This document shows, piece after piece, positions 1 to 10,307 of a DNA stretch of 45,950 nucleotides; the first letter of the stretch is position 1, and each line of letters begins with the position of its first letter. The notes beneath the pieces were generated by a model that worked only from the letters and a program-made list of their open reading frames with translations, did no database searches and was not told where the DNA came from. The translations under genes and the position numbers were made by a program. The stretch is from Promethearchaeota archaeon (GTDB lineage Archaea; Asgardarchaeota; Lokiarchaeia; Sigyniarchaeales; SOKP01), in the NCBI GenBank assembly GCA_016930515.1, contig JAFGGO010000051.1, positions 1-45,950 on the forward strand, written 5' to 3'.

Positions 1-1
1 A

Positions 2-289
2 ACAATTGCTCCATCTCATTTAGGAGGCTTTATGGATACATGGAGAGAAATAAAGCCTCTTTCTGCTGAGGGATTGTCGCTTCAAATGAAAAAAGTATGT
101 ATGGTTCAGAATCCATCCTGCGATTATTTAATTAATAATTTTTTAGAATGTAAGCATATATGCGAAGAAGTTGCATATTTCTTGTTAGATTCAATAAAAA
201 AAAAATTACTCGATTTCGTGAAAACTCAAGGTCTTGATGTAGAGGGGCATTATCCCTTGTATAAATTACTGGAATCTTGGAATAGATGA
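2..289 (+). CDS. 3' part of a hypothetical protein, truncated by the window edge
   Basis: The frame of ORF 32..289 is open back to base 2 (TIAPSHLGGF-MDTW...). No recognisable motif. Confidence 0.6.
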   Translation, partial: TIAPSHLGGFMDTWREIKPLSAEGLSLQMKKVCMVQNPSCDYLINNFLECKHICEEVAYFLLDSIKKKLLDFVKTQGLDVEGHYPLYKLLESWNR

Positions 290-507
290 GGATTAAGATT
301 AGAATGAGAAATCAATTATATAAATCCAAGATCAGAAAAAACTTGTTTAATTTGATTATCTAAAATAAATCCAACGAAATGATTAGATTTACAATGCATG
401 ATAAAAAACTTGTTTCATAAACCTACCAGATCAATTTATATATTAACATTGATAATAATAATTATATTTCAATCTAAAGACAAAATTTACTAAAACTAGG
501 CGAAATT

Positions 508-3500
508 ATGAAAAGAAATTCAATTAAAAAAATCAAACCAAAAACTTTAGCTCTAGGTTCATTTTTAATACTTTTTTTATTCATGAATACTGTGATAATG
601 TTTTTTCCACCATCAGTGATGGCTAAACCATTCAAAGGTGTTTATGAAGGGAATTTAAATGAAGTGGAAGATAAAACCGATCAAATTAATCTCTATTCGC
701 AAAGAACAAGAACCCTTGAATTTGAAGTCTCAAGTGAAAATATCGATATTTCCGAACTGATCGCACCAAATGGGGAACTTTGCAATCGAATTACGCTAAA
801 AGATGCTAATGGTTTGGGTCAAGCAGGAAAACCTCAATTGCCCTATAAGACGCTACAAGTCTTGGTACCATTTGGATACGAATTAAAAGATATAGAATTC
901 GATCTGCGTCAATCGAATATTGAATTTTTACAGCATAAATTGGAAGCCTCAAGCCAAAAAATGATTTTGGGTTCTGATGAAACACCCGAATATAAGTTTG
1001 ACTCATATATTTATGGCTCTAATAATCTTTTTCCTGGCAATTATTACTCCGTTGAGGGTGTTTATGGCTTAAGAGGATATCAAATTCTTGTGCTCAATTT
1101 GTTTCCCGTCCAATACATTCCAAGCGAAAACAAGCTTTTGATTGTTAAAGACATGAGAGTAAAAATTAACTTAGAAAAAGATGTTAATTTGGTCGTGGAA
1201 GACAGTCTCTTGAGAGGTTTTAACAAGGACGAAGAAATGGTCTTATTGATGGTACAAAATCCCGAAGATATTACTTCTTATCGTAACATTCTCAGTTCAA
1301 CTCTTGATTTGCCTCCGGCGTCGTACGATTACGTGATTATCACGAACGACGCCTTGAAGAATTCTGGTGGCGCCTATACCTTCCAAGATCTTGCTGACTA
1401 TAAGAACTCAATCGGAATAAGTACCACGATCGTCACGGTTGAAGATATATATGCGAATTATTCAGGTGTCGATAACCAGGAAAAGATACGTAATTTCATT
1501 ATTGATGCCTATAACGAATGGGGGATCGAATATGTGCTTCTTGGAGGAGATGGAGACGGTACACCAGGAGGAGATTCAATCATTCCTACAAGAGGTTTTT
1601 ATGATGGACAAGTAGGCGATACTAATGTCCCATCAGACTTGTATTACGCAGCACTCGATGGGAATTGGAACGACGATGGTGATTCGTATTGGGGTGAAAT
1701 AGGCGAGGAAGATCTTTACGCTGAAGTCTATGTCGGACGAGCTCCCGTAGATTCTGAACAAGAATTATCTAATTTTATCATGAAGACGCTCGCTCACGAA
1801 ACGACCTCCGATGCATACTTATCCGAAGCACTCATGTTAGGAGAGTATTTAGGATCCCATTTTGGAATCCCCTGGGGAGGGGCTTCTAAGGACGAGGTTA
1901 AGGACGGCTCAACCAACAACGGATACGAAACAGTAGGATTTCCGCCAGAATACAACATGTCCACCTTATACGATCGCGATTTGGATCCCTATGAATGGGA
2001 CAGCTCGGACCTCATTCCCATTTTAAATAGCGGCGTTCACGTCATAAATCACCTGGGACACGCAAATGTCAATACCGTCATGAAAATGACCATAAGCGAA
2101 GTAGATTCTCTCGTGAACGATAAATACTTTTTTGTATATAGTCAAGGGTGCTATTGTGGGGCCTTCGACAATAGGAGCGATTATGGTTACTACTATGATT
2201 TTGATTGTATCGTTGAACATTTTGTGACATCAGAACACGGCGCTTTTGCGTTCGTTGCCAATAGCCGTTATGGTGTTGGCGATGCATATGGGACCAACGG
2301 TCCTTCTCAATTTTTTGATCGCCAATTCTTTGATGCTATTTTTAACGAATCGATCGTAGAAATTGGAAGGGCAAATCAAGACTCGAAACACGACACCATT
2401 CCCTTTTTAAGCCAAGATTATGTGCGGTTTTGCTATTATGAATTGAATCTATTTGGAGATCCTACCGCGAATTTACTACCACAACCAAACGAAATCGCTC
2501 CGATCCTTACCAGCGAATCGGTAGCGCCCAAAAAGGGTTATCAAGACACTCAAATTACCTTCAGAGTGAATTATACGGACTCTGATAATAATGCCCCTTC
2601 TAAAATCCATGTAATCATTAATGGGACCAAATATAATATGGAGAAACAAGATCAAAGTGATAAAAATTATACGGACGGTTGCATGTATCAACTCACGACT
2701 TATCTACAATCGGCGAGCAATAATTACTCCTATTTTTTCCAATGCAGTGATGGAAAATTTATGGTGTCCACAGCTGAATATGATGATATTGAGATTTTAT
2801 ATTCAAATGCGATGGCGCCATCTTTAAGTAATAGTCAACTTAATCCTCCTCAAGGATACACAAACGCAACAACCTTCGAATATGCTATAACCTATACTGA
2901 TCCAGACAACAACGCTCCCTCGAGCGTGAATGTCACCATTGATTCCTCAAGTACATTTGAGATGATAAAACAGGATCCTCTGGATGATAACTACATAGAC
3001 GGATGCCTTTATAGATATTCAACGACTTTTGAAAACGCTGGTATACACGATTACTCCTTCTCTTGTTCCGATGGTGTTTATTATTATCAAACAGGGACCG
3101 AAAGTGGACCGGATGTGGAAGTCTTGATTTTACCTTTCGATGGGATGTATATTAATTATATGTTTACTTTAAGGGGTAACGAGGTGCTCAGTAGGTTTGA
3201 ATATAGTTATCAAGACGATTCGACATTCCTAGTCAATTGGATGATATATGATCCAATGATTTCTGGATGGTATCTTTCCTCCTCTTACGAAATCGATGTA
3301 GAAACGAGATTGATGAAAGTTGTTTACGATGGTGGTATTAATTTTGGTAACTATCACACGCCTATGTGGATCTATCCAAATGTTCTCGTTGGAGATCTCG
3401 TCCCGATCGCAGTGGATGGGGAGGGAGATCACGACTTTCTTGTTTCTGAGGAAAAATCGGTATATATCCAACAATTTGGAGATGTTGATATCTTTGAACT

Positions 3501-5367
3501 CGTCGATCTTGACTTGCCTGGGGGAATTGCGTGGTATGAAAAGACCTCCGGAATTCTTTTAAACGGTTCCTATCCCTTTTATAGTGGTACTTACGAATAT
3601 TCCTTCAATCTATTAAGCACGAACGTGGATGTAGATGTATCAGGAGGAGATGATCCTATCGCTGATTTCATCGCCGTTCCAAACCCCGTTGTATTGGGCA
3701 ATTCCGTTCAATTCATGTTCTCGGGAAATCCTGGTCATGGAACAACAAGGTATACTTGGGACTTCGGCGACACTAGTCCTCTATCGTACGAGCAGAATCC
3801 AATACATATTTATGCTACCCTTGGAACTTACCAGGTAACGCTAAGCATATCCGACTCGAACGGTGGTTTTGATTCAGAGTATAAATACATTCTAGTAGAA
3901 GGAAATTTAATACCCTGTGCTGATTTCTACGCAAACACTACAGTAGTTAGCGTTGGAGAGCCAATCCAATTTACATTCAGCGGAAGCCCGGGAAACGAAC
4001 CCTGTTATTATGTGTGGATTTTTGATGATGGTGGACTTTCTCAAGAAAAAGATCCCGTGTATCAATTCACCACTCCAGGTACTTATAGTGTAGAAGTGTA
4101 TGTATCTGATGTAAATGGTGATTCGGATAATATGTACAAGTCAAACTATATAACAGTATACGCTGGTACCGCATCTCCCGAAGCGGAATTCGAGGCAAAC
4201 TCAACGACCGTTAGATCAGGAGAATATGTGCAATTTACTTTCACTGGAAGCGAAGGGGACGCTCCTGCGACATTTTTCTGGGACTTTGGCGATGGTCTGT
4301 GGTCTGATGAGAAAAATCCCGTGCATCAATATATGAGTATTGGTAGTTATACGGTTTCTTTAGAAGTATATGATTCGGACGGCGACTTGGCCTACGAGGA
4401 AAAGAATCCATATATCATAGTTTATACTGGTACCAGTTATCCCATGGCAGACTTTATTGTAAACACAACGACTATAAATCCAGGAGAATACGTGCAATTT
4501 ATTTTCACGGGAAGCGAGGGAGACGCTCCTGCGACATTCTTCTGGGACTTTGGCGATGGTGGATGGTCTGATGAGAAAAATCCCGTGCATCAATACACGA
4601 GTACTGGTAGTTATATGATTTATCTAGAAGTATATGATTCGGACAATGATTACAATTATAAGATAGAATATGATTTCATAAGGGTAGTTGAAGAAATCTT
4701 ACCCATAGCTGATTTCTATGCCAATACAACCACAATCGTTGAAGATGAATATGTGAGGTTCATATTCAATGGCACCATGGGAAACGCTCCGGCAAGCTAT
4801 ACTTGGGATTTTGGTGATGAAACACCAGTTATCGCAACATCATCTCCAATAATAGACCACACATACACTTCAACTGGAACTTACACAATAACCTTATTAA
4901 TCACTGATGCGGACCTTGATAATGATATTAAAATCAGAATTGACTATATTACGGTTCTTGAAGATCACTTTCCCCTAGCGGATTTTCATGCAAATTCAAC
5001 AATGATCAATCCTGGAGAATTCGTTCAATTCACCTTTAATGGAAGCGAGGGTGATGGTCCAGCAATTTACATGTGGAATTTTGGAGATGGAATTACGATC
5101 TCATACGAACAAAATCCCATCCACCAATACACCTCAGAGGGCGTTTACAATGTGACTTTAACGGTTATTGACTCAGATGGTGATTCTGATCAAGAAGTAA
5201 AATATTTCTATATGATCGTTATTAACGAAGATCGCGATATTACCGTTCCAAGATTCGACTTGATCACCGTTTCAGGATTCGACTTGATCATCGTTCTGGG
5301 CGCTACATCGCTCATTGGATTAATTCTCGTCGTTATAAGGAGAAAATATGGATTCGATTTTCAATAA
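508..5367 (+). CDS. C25 (gingipain-like) cysteine peptidase with propeptide, about 6 PKD domains and a C-terminal membrane anchor
   Basis: N-terminal hydrophobic signal and propeptide-like GKPQLPYKTLQVLVP. C25 motifs YDYVIIT, YVLLGGD, SDLYYA, VGRAP, with catalytic-type NHLGH and SQGC. Six W(D/N/I)F(G/D)D PKD repeats, then a TM helix followed by RRK. Confidence 0.9.
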   Translation: MKRNSIKKIKPKTLALGSFLILFLFMNTVIMFFPPSVMAKPFKGVYEGNLNEVEDKTDQINLYSQRTRTLEFEVSSENIDISELIAPNGELCNRITLKDANGLGQAGKPQLPYKTLQVLVPFGYELKDIEFDLRQSNIEFLQHKLEASSQKMILGSDETPEYKFDSYIYGSNNLFPGNYYSVEGVYGLRGYQILVLNLFPVQYIPSENKLLIVKDMRVKINLEKDVNLVVEDSLLRGFNKDEEMVLLMVQNPEDITSYRNILSSTLDLPPASYDYVIITNDALKNSGGAYTFQDLADYKNSIGISTTIVTVEDIYANYSGVDNQEKIRNFIIDAYNEWGIEYVLLGGDGDGTPGGDSIIPTRGFYDGQVGDTNVPSDLYYAALDGNWNDDGDSYWGEIGEEDLYAEVYVGRAPVDSEQELSNFIMKTLAHETTSDAYLSEALMLGEYLGSHFGIPWGGASKDEVKDGSTNNGYETVGFPPEYNMSTLYDRDLDPYEWDSSDLIPILNSGVHVINHLGHANVNTVMKMTISEVDSLVNDKYFFVYSQGCYCGAFDNRSDYGYYYDFDCIVEHFVTSEHGAFAFVANSRYGVGDAYGTNGPSQFFDRQFFDAIFNESIVEIGRANQDSKHDTIPFLSQDYVRFCYYELNLFGDPTANLLPQPNEIAPILTSESVAPKKGYQDTQITFRVNYTDSDNNAPSKIHVIINGTKYNMEKQDQSDKNYTDGCMYQLTTYLQSASNNYSYFFQCSDGKFMVSTAEYDDIEILYSNAMAPSLSNSQLNPPQGYTNATTFEYAITYTDPDNNAPSSVNVTIDSSSTFEMIKQDPLDDNYIDGCLYRYSTTFENAGIHDYSFSCSDGVYYYQTGTESGPDVEVLILPFDGMYINYMFTLRGNEVLSRFEYSYQDDSTFLVNWMIYDPMISGWYLSSSYEIDVETRLMKVVYDGGINFGNYHTPMWIYPNVLVGDLVPIAVDGEGDHDFLVSEEKSVYIQQFGDVDIFELVDLDLPGGIAWYEKTSGILLNGSYPFYSGTYEYSFNLLSTNVDVDVSGGDDPIADFIAVPNPVVLGNSVQFMFSGNPGHGTTRYTWDFGDTSPLSYEQNPIHIYATLGTYQVTLSISDSNGGFDSEYKYILVEGNLIPCADFYANTTVVSVGEPIQFTFSGSPGNEPCYYVWIFDDGGLSQEKDPVYQFTTPGTYSVEVYVSDVNGDSDNMYKSNYITVYAGTASPEAEFEANSTTVRSGEYVQFTFTGSEGDAPATFFWDFGDGLWSDEKNPVHQYMSIGSYTVSLEVYDSDGDLAYEEKNPYIIVYTGTSYPMADFIVNTTTINPGEYVQFIFTGSEGDAPATFFWDFGDGGWSDEKNPVHQYTSTGSYMIYLEVYDSDNDYNYKIEYDFIRVVEEILPIADFYANTTTIVEDEYVRFIFNGTMGNAPASYTWDFGDETPVIATSSPIIDHTYTSTGTYTITLLITDADLDNDIKIRIDYITVLEDHFPLADFHANSTMINPGEFVQFTFNGSEGDGPAIYMWNFGDGITISYEQNPIHQYTSEGVYNVTLTVIDSDGDSDQEVKYFYMIVINEDRDITVPRFDLITVSGFDLIIVLGATSLIGLILVVIRRKYGFDFQ
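4241..4644 (+). repeat. Near-identical intragenic duplication of PKD modules 3 and 4
   Basis: About 4241-4380 versus about 4505-4644, 264 bp apart. Both encode FTGSEGDAPATFFWDFGDG.WSDEKNPVHQY with few nucleotide differences. Confidence 0.85.
5242..5289 (+). repeat. 24-bp tandem duplication in the sorting-signal region (TVPRFDLI / TVSGFDLI)
   Basis: accgttccaagattcgacttgatc followed by accgtttcaggattcgacttgatc (22 of 24 positions identical). Confidence 0.9.
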
Positions 5368-5377
5368 AATTAAAATC

Positions 5378-5401
5378 TTTTTTTTTTAATTCTTTTTTTT
5401 T
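5378..5401 (+). terminator. Oligo-T archaeal-type terminator
   Basis: Two T tracts (T10 and T9) immediately after the peptidase stop codon. Confidence 0.5.
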
Positions 5402-5780
5402 ATAATCTTGAACTATAACATCTATCTGATGAAATTCAGAACATTTTATCAAGATTTTTAGGAATGACGATACTAAAAAGATGTATTAACTATTATAGCT
5501 CCTGAAATAGACAAAAAATATGTTTTTACTCAGTTACCATTATTGAGAAGATAATTAAAATAAATTTGAAAGAGTTGGGAAAAGTATAATATAATCTTAA
5601 TCGGAATCCTCTTTATAGTTATAGAAATGAAACTCGTAAATAATAACATGCATTATTTTTCACGAATTTTCATAATACGACAATATTACATATCTTCAAG
5701 TAATACGCCAGTTATCATTAAGATAATATTTATATACTCAAAAAAGAGTATTAATAGTAATAAAACACATCCGCTTTTAC

Positions 5781-6152
5781 ATGACCTTTCAGGAAAAAAA
5801 TCTAGAAGAATTAACCAAGTTGGTCTTTTCTCAAAAATACGAGGTAATTGAAAATCCCTCCAAGCTAAGGGGAAAATCGGGTAAATATTGGTCGTTTGAT
5901 GCGCTCGTGAAGAACGGAGAAGCCTTATTTGGTATATTCATACGAGACTGGAAGAGAGAAATCTCCATCACGCAATTAAGGCAACTTCACAAGGCGTGCA
6001 TTGACACTCCCGAGATTCACGGTGGTATCATGGTTTGCAATATAATCACGGATTTTTCTCGGGATTATTCCGATCAATTTGGGATAAAAATATTGTCTAG
6101 AGGTTATTTAATCTCCAAGCTACGCTCCAAAAATTTCAGTTCAAGTTATTAA
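5781..6152 (+). CDS. Mrr-like restriction-endonuclease-fold protein, probably degenerate
   Basis: RGKSGKYWSFDALV and ISITQLRQL...GGIMV...FS pattern of Mrr_cat-like proteins. The expected ExK motif reads IRDW. Confidence 0.6.
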   Translation: MTFQEKNLEELTKLVFSQKYEVIENPSKLRGKSGKYWSFDALVKNGEALFGIFIRDWKREISITQLRQLHKACIDTPEIHGGIMVCNIITDFSRDYSDQFGIKILSRGYLISKLRSKNFSSSY

Positions 6153-6264
6153 CCGCGTGAAAAAATCCTTAAGTTCTACGAATCAAATTCACTCTTTCTC
6201 ATTCCGATAGAATGTTAATATATACTTTTTAGAACTATATAAAAACTAGCTAATGCATCTTAAC

Positions 6265-7365
6265 TTAAAAAGGAACACCAATTAAATAAAGATATATTAT
6301 CGCTACAATACCGCAAGCGAGTGGATTTAAATAATTGTCACTTGCGCGTATTTTTGTGCTGGTTGCTATATCAACCAAGAATACTACTACCGAAAGAATA
6401 GTTCCAAGCGATAACAGGATTTCTAACGACCAAACGGATGGATTTGAAAATCCAAATGTGTTGGAGAAAAATCCCCCGAATAACGTGCATAGGAATGCAA
6501 AGAAAGAACCTCCAATATATCCCTCTATTGTTTTAGTACTACCCTTTGGAAATTCGTGGCTAAAACCTATTTTCTTTGCGATGATCCCAAATATCGAAGC
6601 CATGCCGTCCGCAACAGACGCTATTAACAAAATTATGAAAAACAAGGGAAAGTCGAATAGAAGGAAGGGTGCAAATCCAAACACCATTATAGATGTACTA
6701 GAAAATGTGTCAAGTTCGGTGGGTGTTAAACCCCTTGCATAGAGTTCTCCTACGATTCTTGGCATGTAGGAATAATCAAATAACCTAATAAGATCACCAA
6801 TAAGAAAAGTTAATGCAAAATCCATTCCGAATATAACGACAAAAAATAAAGCATAGTGTTTCCACCTACCTTGATAAGAATATACTGGGTTGTTATTTAG
6901 GATCCAAAAAACCATGACTATTCCGCTAACAACTGCGAGTGGAAGTAAGTGAGTGAACTTTCTTTTTACAGAAGGCTTGTATTGCAACTTTAAACGTTCA
7001 CAAAAAAGCTCGTAATTATTTACATTCTGTAACAATTCGGGATTTTTTATAGTTTTAATTTTTTGAGAGAGCGCCCATATTGACATTACAAACATTACGC
7101 TTAGAATACCTACCATTCCATTCAGAGCAAGTTCTAATGTTAGAGACGATCGGGCTATTCCGGTTAAATTATTACCAAATTTTAACACGTATAAATGATA
7201 TAATATTCCCAAAAGCGCGCAAAATAGTCCATTAACGATTTCATTCAATTTTTTATAAGGATCCTTGTTCTTTTGGACCCAAGTTCTTTTCACGTGAATA
7301 AAAATTGCCGCACTTAATGTAAAACACACGATTGTAACAGGAAGATTCAAGAGGAAGAGTATCAT
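6265..7365 (-). CDS. CTP-dependent lipid kinase, dolichol/phytol/DGK1-type (cytidylyltransferase superfamily), multi-TM
   Basis: Motifs RKFTHL, ADGMASIFG, KTIEG and a C-terminal DN. Many TM segments. Confidence 0.8.
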   Translation of the reverse strand: MILFLLNLPVTIVCFTLSAAIFIHVKRTWVQKNKDPYKKLNEIVNGLFCALLGILYHLYVLKFGNNLTGIARSSLTLELALNGMVGILSVMFVMSIWALSQKIKTIKNPELLQNVNNYELFCERLKLQYKPSVKRKFTHLLPLAVVSGIVMVFWILNNNPVYSYQGRWKHYALFFVVIFGMDFALTFLIGDLIRLFDYSYMPRIVGELYARGLTPTELDTFSSTSIMVFGFAPFLLFDFPLFFIILLIASVADGMASIFGIIAKKIGFSHEFPKGSTKTIEGYIGGSFFAFLCTLFGGFFSNTFGFSNPSVWSLEILLSLGTILSVVVFLVDIATSTKIRASDNYLNPLACGIVAIIYLYLIGVPF

Positions 7366-7469
7366 TTCTTTGCGTCTATTTGAGTAATTTAAAGATTTTT
7401 CGTACGATTTAGAATTTAGAAATGATTGAGGTCTTTAAAGTGTTTGTCTTGAAAGCGAGAAAGATTGTT

Positions 7470-10307
7470 TTAAAGCGCTTCTGGCACGATAATGACAAAA
7501 TTAGCACCTTCCACGGTAAATTCACCGCTTAAACTTGTCATAATCTGGTCTATAAAGGTTAATCCCAACAAAGTCCCGCGTGGTCTTTCTTTCTCTTGTT
7601 CTCTATATACGCTTTCATATTGTAAAGTAGTATCTATAAATTCCATTTTCAGACATCTAACATCGTTCCTGTTTATCTTTGAAATGAGAATTTCTAGTCT
7701 GATGTTAGGATTCGTGTTATATTCAATGATGTTAATCAAGATATTATCGAACACGTCACTTAATATCTCGTTGGCCATTATAAAGAAATTTTTATTCTGA
7801 GGGTAAATGCTAGCAGTAATAGTTTTTTCTTTAAATCCTTGTTTGATGTGTCCTATAGATTCCTCCAAAAAAGAATTGAGAAAAAGTTTCTTGATGGGCA
7901 GTTTTGAATCCTCGAGCAATGCGAGTTTTCTAACGTTCGAAATTAATTTGGCTCCTGTAACTCCTTGATCTTTGATATTTTCTAACATGTCAATAAAATT
8001 TTTGTTTTTTTGTACGATTTTCGTTTCTTTATACGATTCTATTGAGGATTCAATTTTTTTGAATAAATTGTTTACATCTTGGGCGAATAATTCTTTGTAA
8101 AAATTTGCTCTATCGTAAAGCTTGTGGTATCGTTCTTGGCTTTCTCTTAGCATTTCTTCGGCAATTTTCTGCTTGGTCACATCGCTAATGATGATCTGTA
8201 CGAATTCTTCCCTGTTTATCATTACTTGAGAAGATTGAATGTTAGCGATGATGGTATTTTGGTTTTTTTTGGTTAAAATAGCGTCCAAAACCGTTATAGA
8301 TTCTCCTTCTCCTTTTTTAAGGTTCTTTAGGTCTTCAAGTAGTTTTAGTAAAAAATTGGGGCGTATTATGTTTAATCTATCAAACCTTTTATCAAGGAGC
8401 TCTTCTCTTCGATAATCGAGTAATGATTCTACCGCCGGGTTTACGTCGACTACTATTCCCTTGGAATCGATGAGTATGATTGAAAATGGCGTGTTCTTAA
8501 ATAAGTGACGATATTTATTTTCGGAATTCTTTAACTTGAGTTCGGACAACTTGCGTTCAGTGATATCCCTTATGATACATTGAATGATGTTTTGACCACC
8601 CATTTGAATTTCACTGGCATTAATTTCCACGGGAATTGATTTATCTCCAAATATTTTTATTTTCAATTCTATTGGAACTGCATCTTCTGATTCAAGCTGG
8701 GTAAGAATTTTTTGTTTAAAACCTTCTCTTTGGTTTTCGAGCTGCAATTGAGTGAGGTGCATGCCTACAATGTCTTCGAGTGGTCTCTGTACAATTTTTT
8801 CTGCTTGCTGGTTTGCATCAACAATGATTCCTGATTTGCGATCAATGATGAGTATGGCGTCTCGAGCGCTCATGAATAGTGATTGGTATCGCATTTCCGC
8901 AATTCTCAAGGCCTTAACCGTTGGTTCTAATGAAATTAATTTCTTTAATATTTCGTCGTAAATCGTTTTTAGCTCTTCGTTTATATGCTTTTCATCTAAA
9001 TAATTCGCTTTTAAGCTCGTGAATTTTTCGAATACTAATGTTGTGTATTGGTCGATAATTGCTCGTGGAATTCTCTCGTGGAAGAATATTACTAAAGATA
9101 ATGGAAGCAATCCTCCTCTTATGTTCTGATCTTCTATTACATCAAAATAAATCGCTGCCTTCGCTTTTAAATGCGTGAATGGTAGGATTACCGAAATTCT
9201 CTTGAAATATTCCCCACCGAATAAGAATTGGGAGATGGAAAAACAACGCGTTGCAACTAGTTCTGGATTATCTATTGCTCCGCCTGGATATGTGGATACG
9301 ATCAATGGTCCTTTATTCTCATCCCAATACGAAAAAATGAGTCCTAATTCTGATTTTGGTGCGGGATGTAATTTCTCGTTAAGCCGTTCAGAAAGCCAGT
9401 AGAATCCTTTTTCCACGTTCTCGTTTTTTAGAGCACAGGTGGAAAAATACTCTATTGACCTATTGAATTCGCCGTTTAATTCAAGTGTATTTTTTATTTC
9501 TTCTAAATTAGGATTAAGAAGATCTTTTTTATTCAAAAGGATGAGTAGTGGTAAATTCTTCATTTCATTTAAGTTTAAGATATCGTGAAGCACTTCTCCA
9601 GCAGCGCGATATTGTTTTTTATCTGCCACATCCAACACGAAGACAAGACCATCTTGGTTTTTTAAATAGGGTGCCCATAATTCCTTGAATTTCGATTGAC
9701 CCGGAGTGTCGTGAGCGTACATGGTGATATTATTAATTATTACTTTTGAAATATCAATATATGTGGTTGGAATTGTGTTTTTAGACATTGAGTTTCTCAA
9801 GCAATTTATTACGGTTGTTTTTCCTGCTTGAGACAACCCAAATACTAAGATTTTTGCGTTGGTTTGCTCGTATACAATACTCTCTTTTGGAAATGTATTG
9901 TAAAAAGTGGAAAACAAACTTTTTATCTCTTCTAATTTTTCTTGAGAGTGAGCGTATTCCTCGTTATCCTCATAAAATGCTTCAAATGCATCTTCAATCG
10001 TTTGGAACTCGCTTTCGAATCCTTCTAATAATTCCTTTGACAACTCAAAATTAATATGGCTGTTTATATCCACGACAAAAGATATGAGGAGCGTTTCGAC
10101 CTGTCCTCGACTGTGTTTGCTAGGGATGTTAAATATGCAATTTGCACTTTTATAACTACCAAAAATATGAATGAAAAATCCTTCATCGTAAAGATCCATT
10201 AATGCCGGTATTTGATCGAATTCTTGATCATTAATATCTCTAGGGGCTTTTAAATAGATTTTTGGCCCCATTTTTGGATCAAACCTGCTTAGAATTAAAA
10301 CTTTCAT
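7470..10307 (-). CDS. Fusion protein: longin/uDENN-like, Arf-like GTPase, longin/uDENN-like, 2x PAS, degenerate HisKA/HATPase
   Basis: GTPase boxes G1 GLSQAGKT, G2 PT, G3 DTPGQ, G4 NKKD, G5 TCAL. Two F/W-D-x3-GP...RG domains. PAS domains ending RDITERK and SDVTKQK. H-box FAQDVNN lacks His, N-box VFDNILIN, G2-like GTLLGL. Confidence 0.85.
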   Translation of the reverse strand: MKVLILSRFDPKMGPKIYLKAPRDINDQEFDQIPALMDLYDEGFFIHIFGSYKSANCIFNIPSKHSRGQVETLLISFVVDINSHINFELSKELLEGFESEFQTIEDAFEAFYEDNEEYAHSQEKLEEIKSLFSTFYNTFPKESIVYEQTNAKILVFGLSQAGKTTVINCLRNSMSKNTIPTTYIDISKVIINNITMYAHDTPGQSKFKELWAPYLKNQDGLVFVLDVADKKQYRAAGEVLHDILNLNEMKNLPLLILLNKKDLLNPNLEEIKNTLELNGEFNRSIEYFSTCALKNENVEKGFYWLSERLNEKLHPAPKSELGLIFSYWDENKGPLIVSTYPGGAIDNPELVATRCFSISQFLFGGEYFKRISVILPFTHLKAKAAIYFDVIEDQNIRGGLLPLSLVIFFHERIPRAIIDQYTTLVFEKFTSLKANYLDEKHINEELKTIYDEILKKLISLEPTVKALRIAEMRYQSLFMSARDAILIIDRKSGIIVDANQQAEKIVQRPLEDIVGMHLTQLQLENQREGFKQKILTQLESEDAVPIELKIKIFGDKSIPVEINASEIQMGGQNIIQCIIRDITERKLSELKLKNSENKYRHLFKNTPFSIILIDSKGIVVDVNPAVESLLDYRREELLDKRFDRLNIIRPNFLLKLLEDLKNLKKGEGESITVLDAILTKKNQNTIIANIQSSQVMINREEFVQIIISDVTKQKIAEEMLRESQERYHKLYDRANFYKELFAQDVNNLFKKIESSIESYKETKIVQKNKNFIDMLENIKDQGVTGAKLISNVRKLALLEDSKLPIKKLFLNSFLEESIGHIKQGFKEKTITASIYPQNKNFFIMANEILSDVFDNILINIIEYNTNPNIRLEILISKINRNDVRCLKMEFIDTTLQYESVYREQEKERPRGTLLGLTFIDQIMTSLSGEFTVEGANFVIIVPEAL

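Noticed and set aside
5627-5851. Short ORFs such as 5627..5851, 31362..31556, 34303..34506, 36764..36976 and the antisense ORFs inside long genes
   Set aside because: Atypical composition, overlap with better-supported genes, and no motifs.
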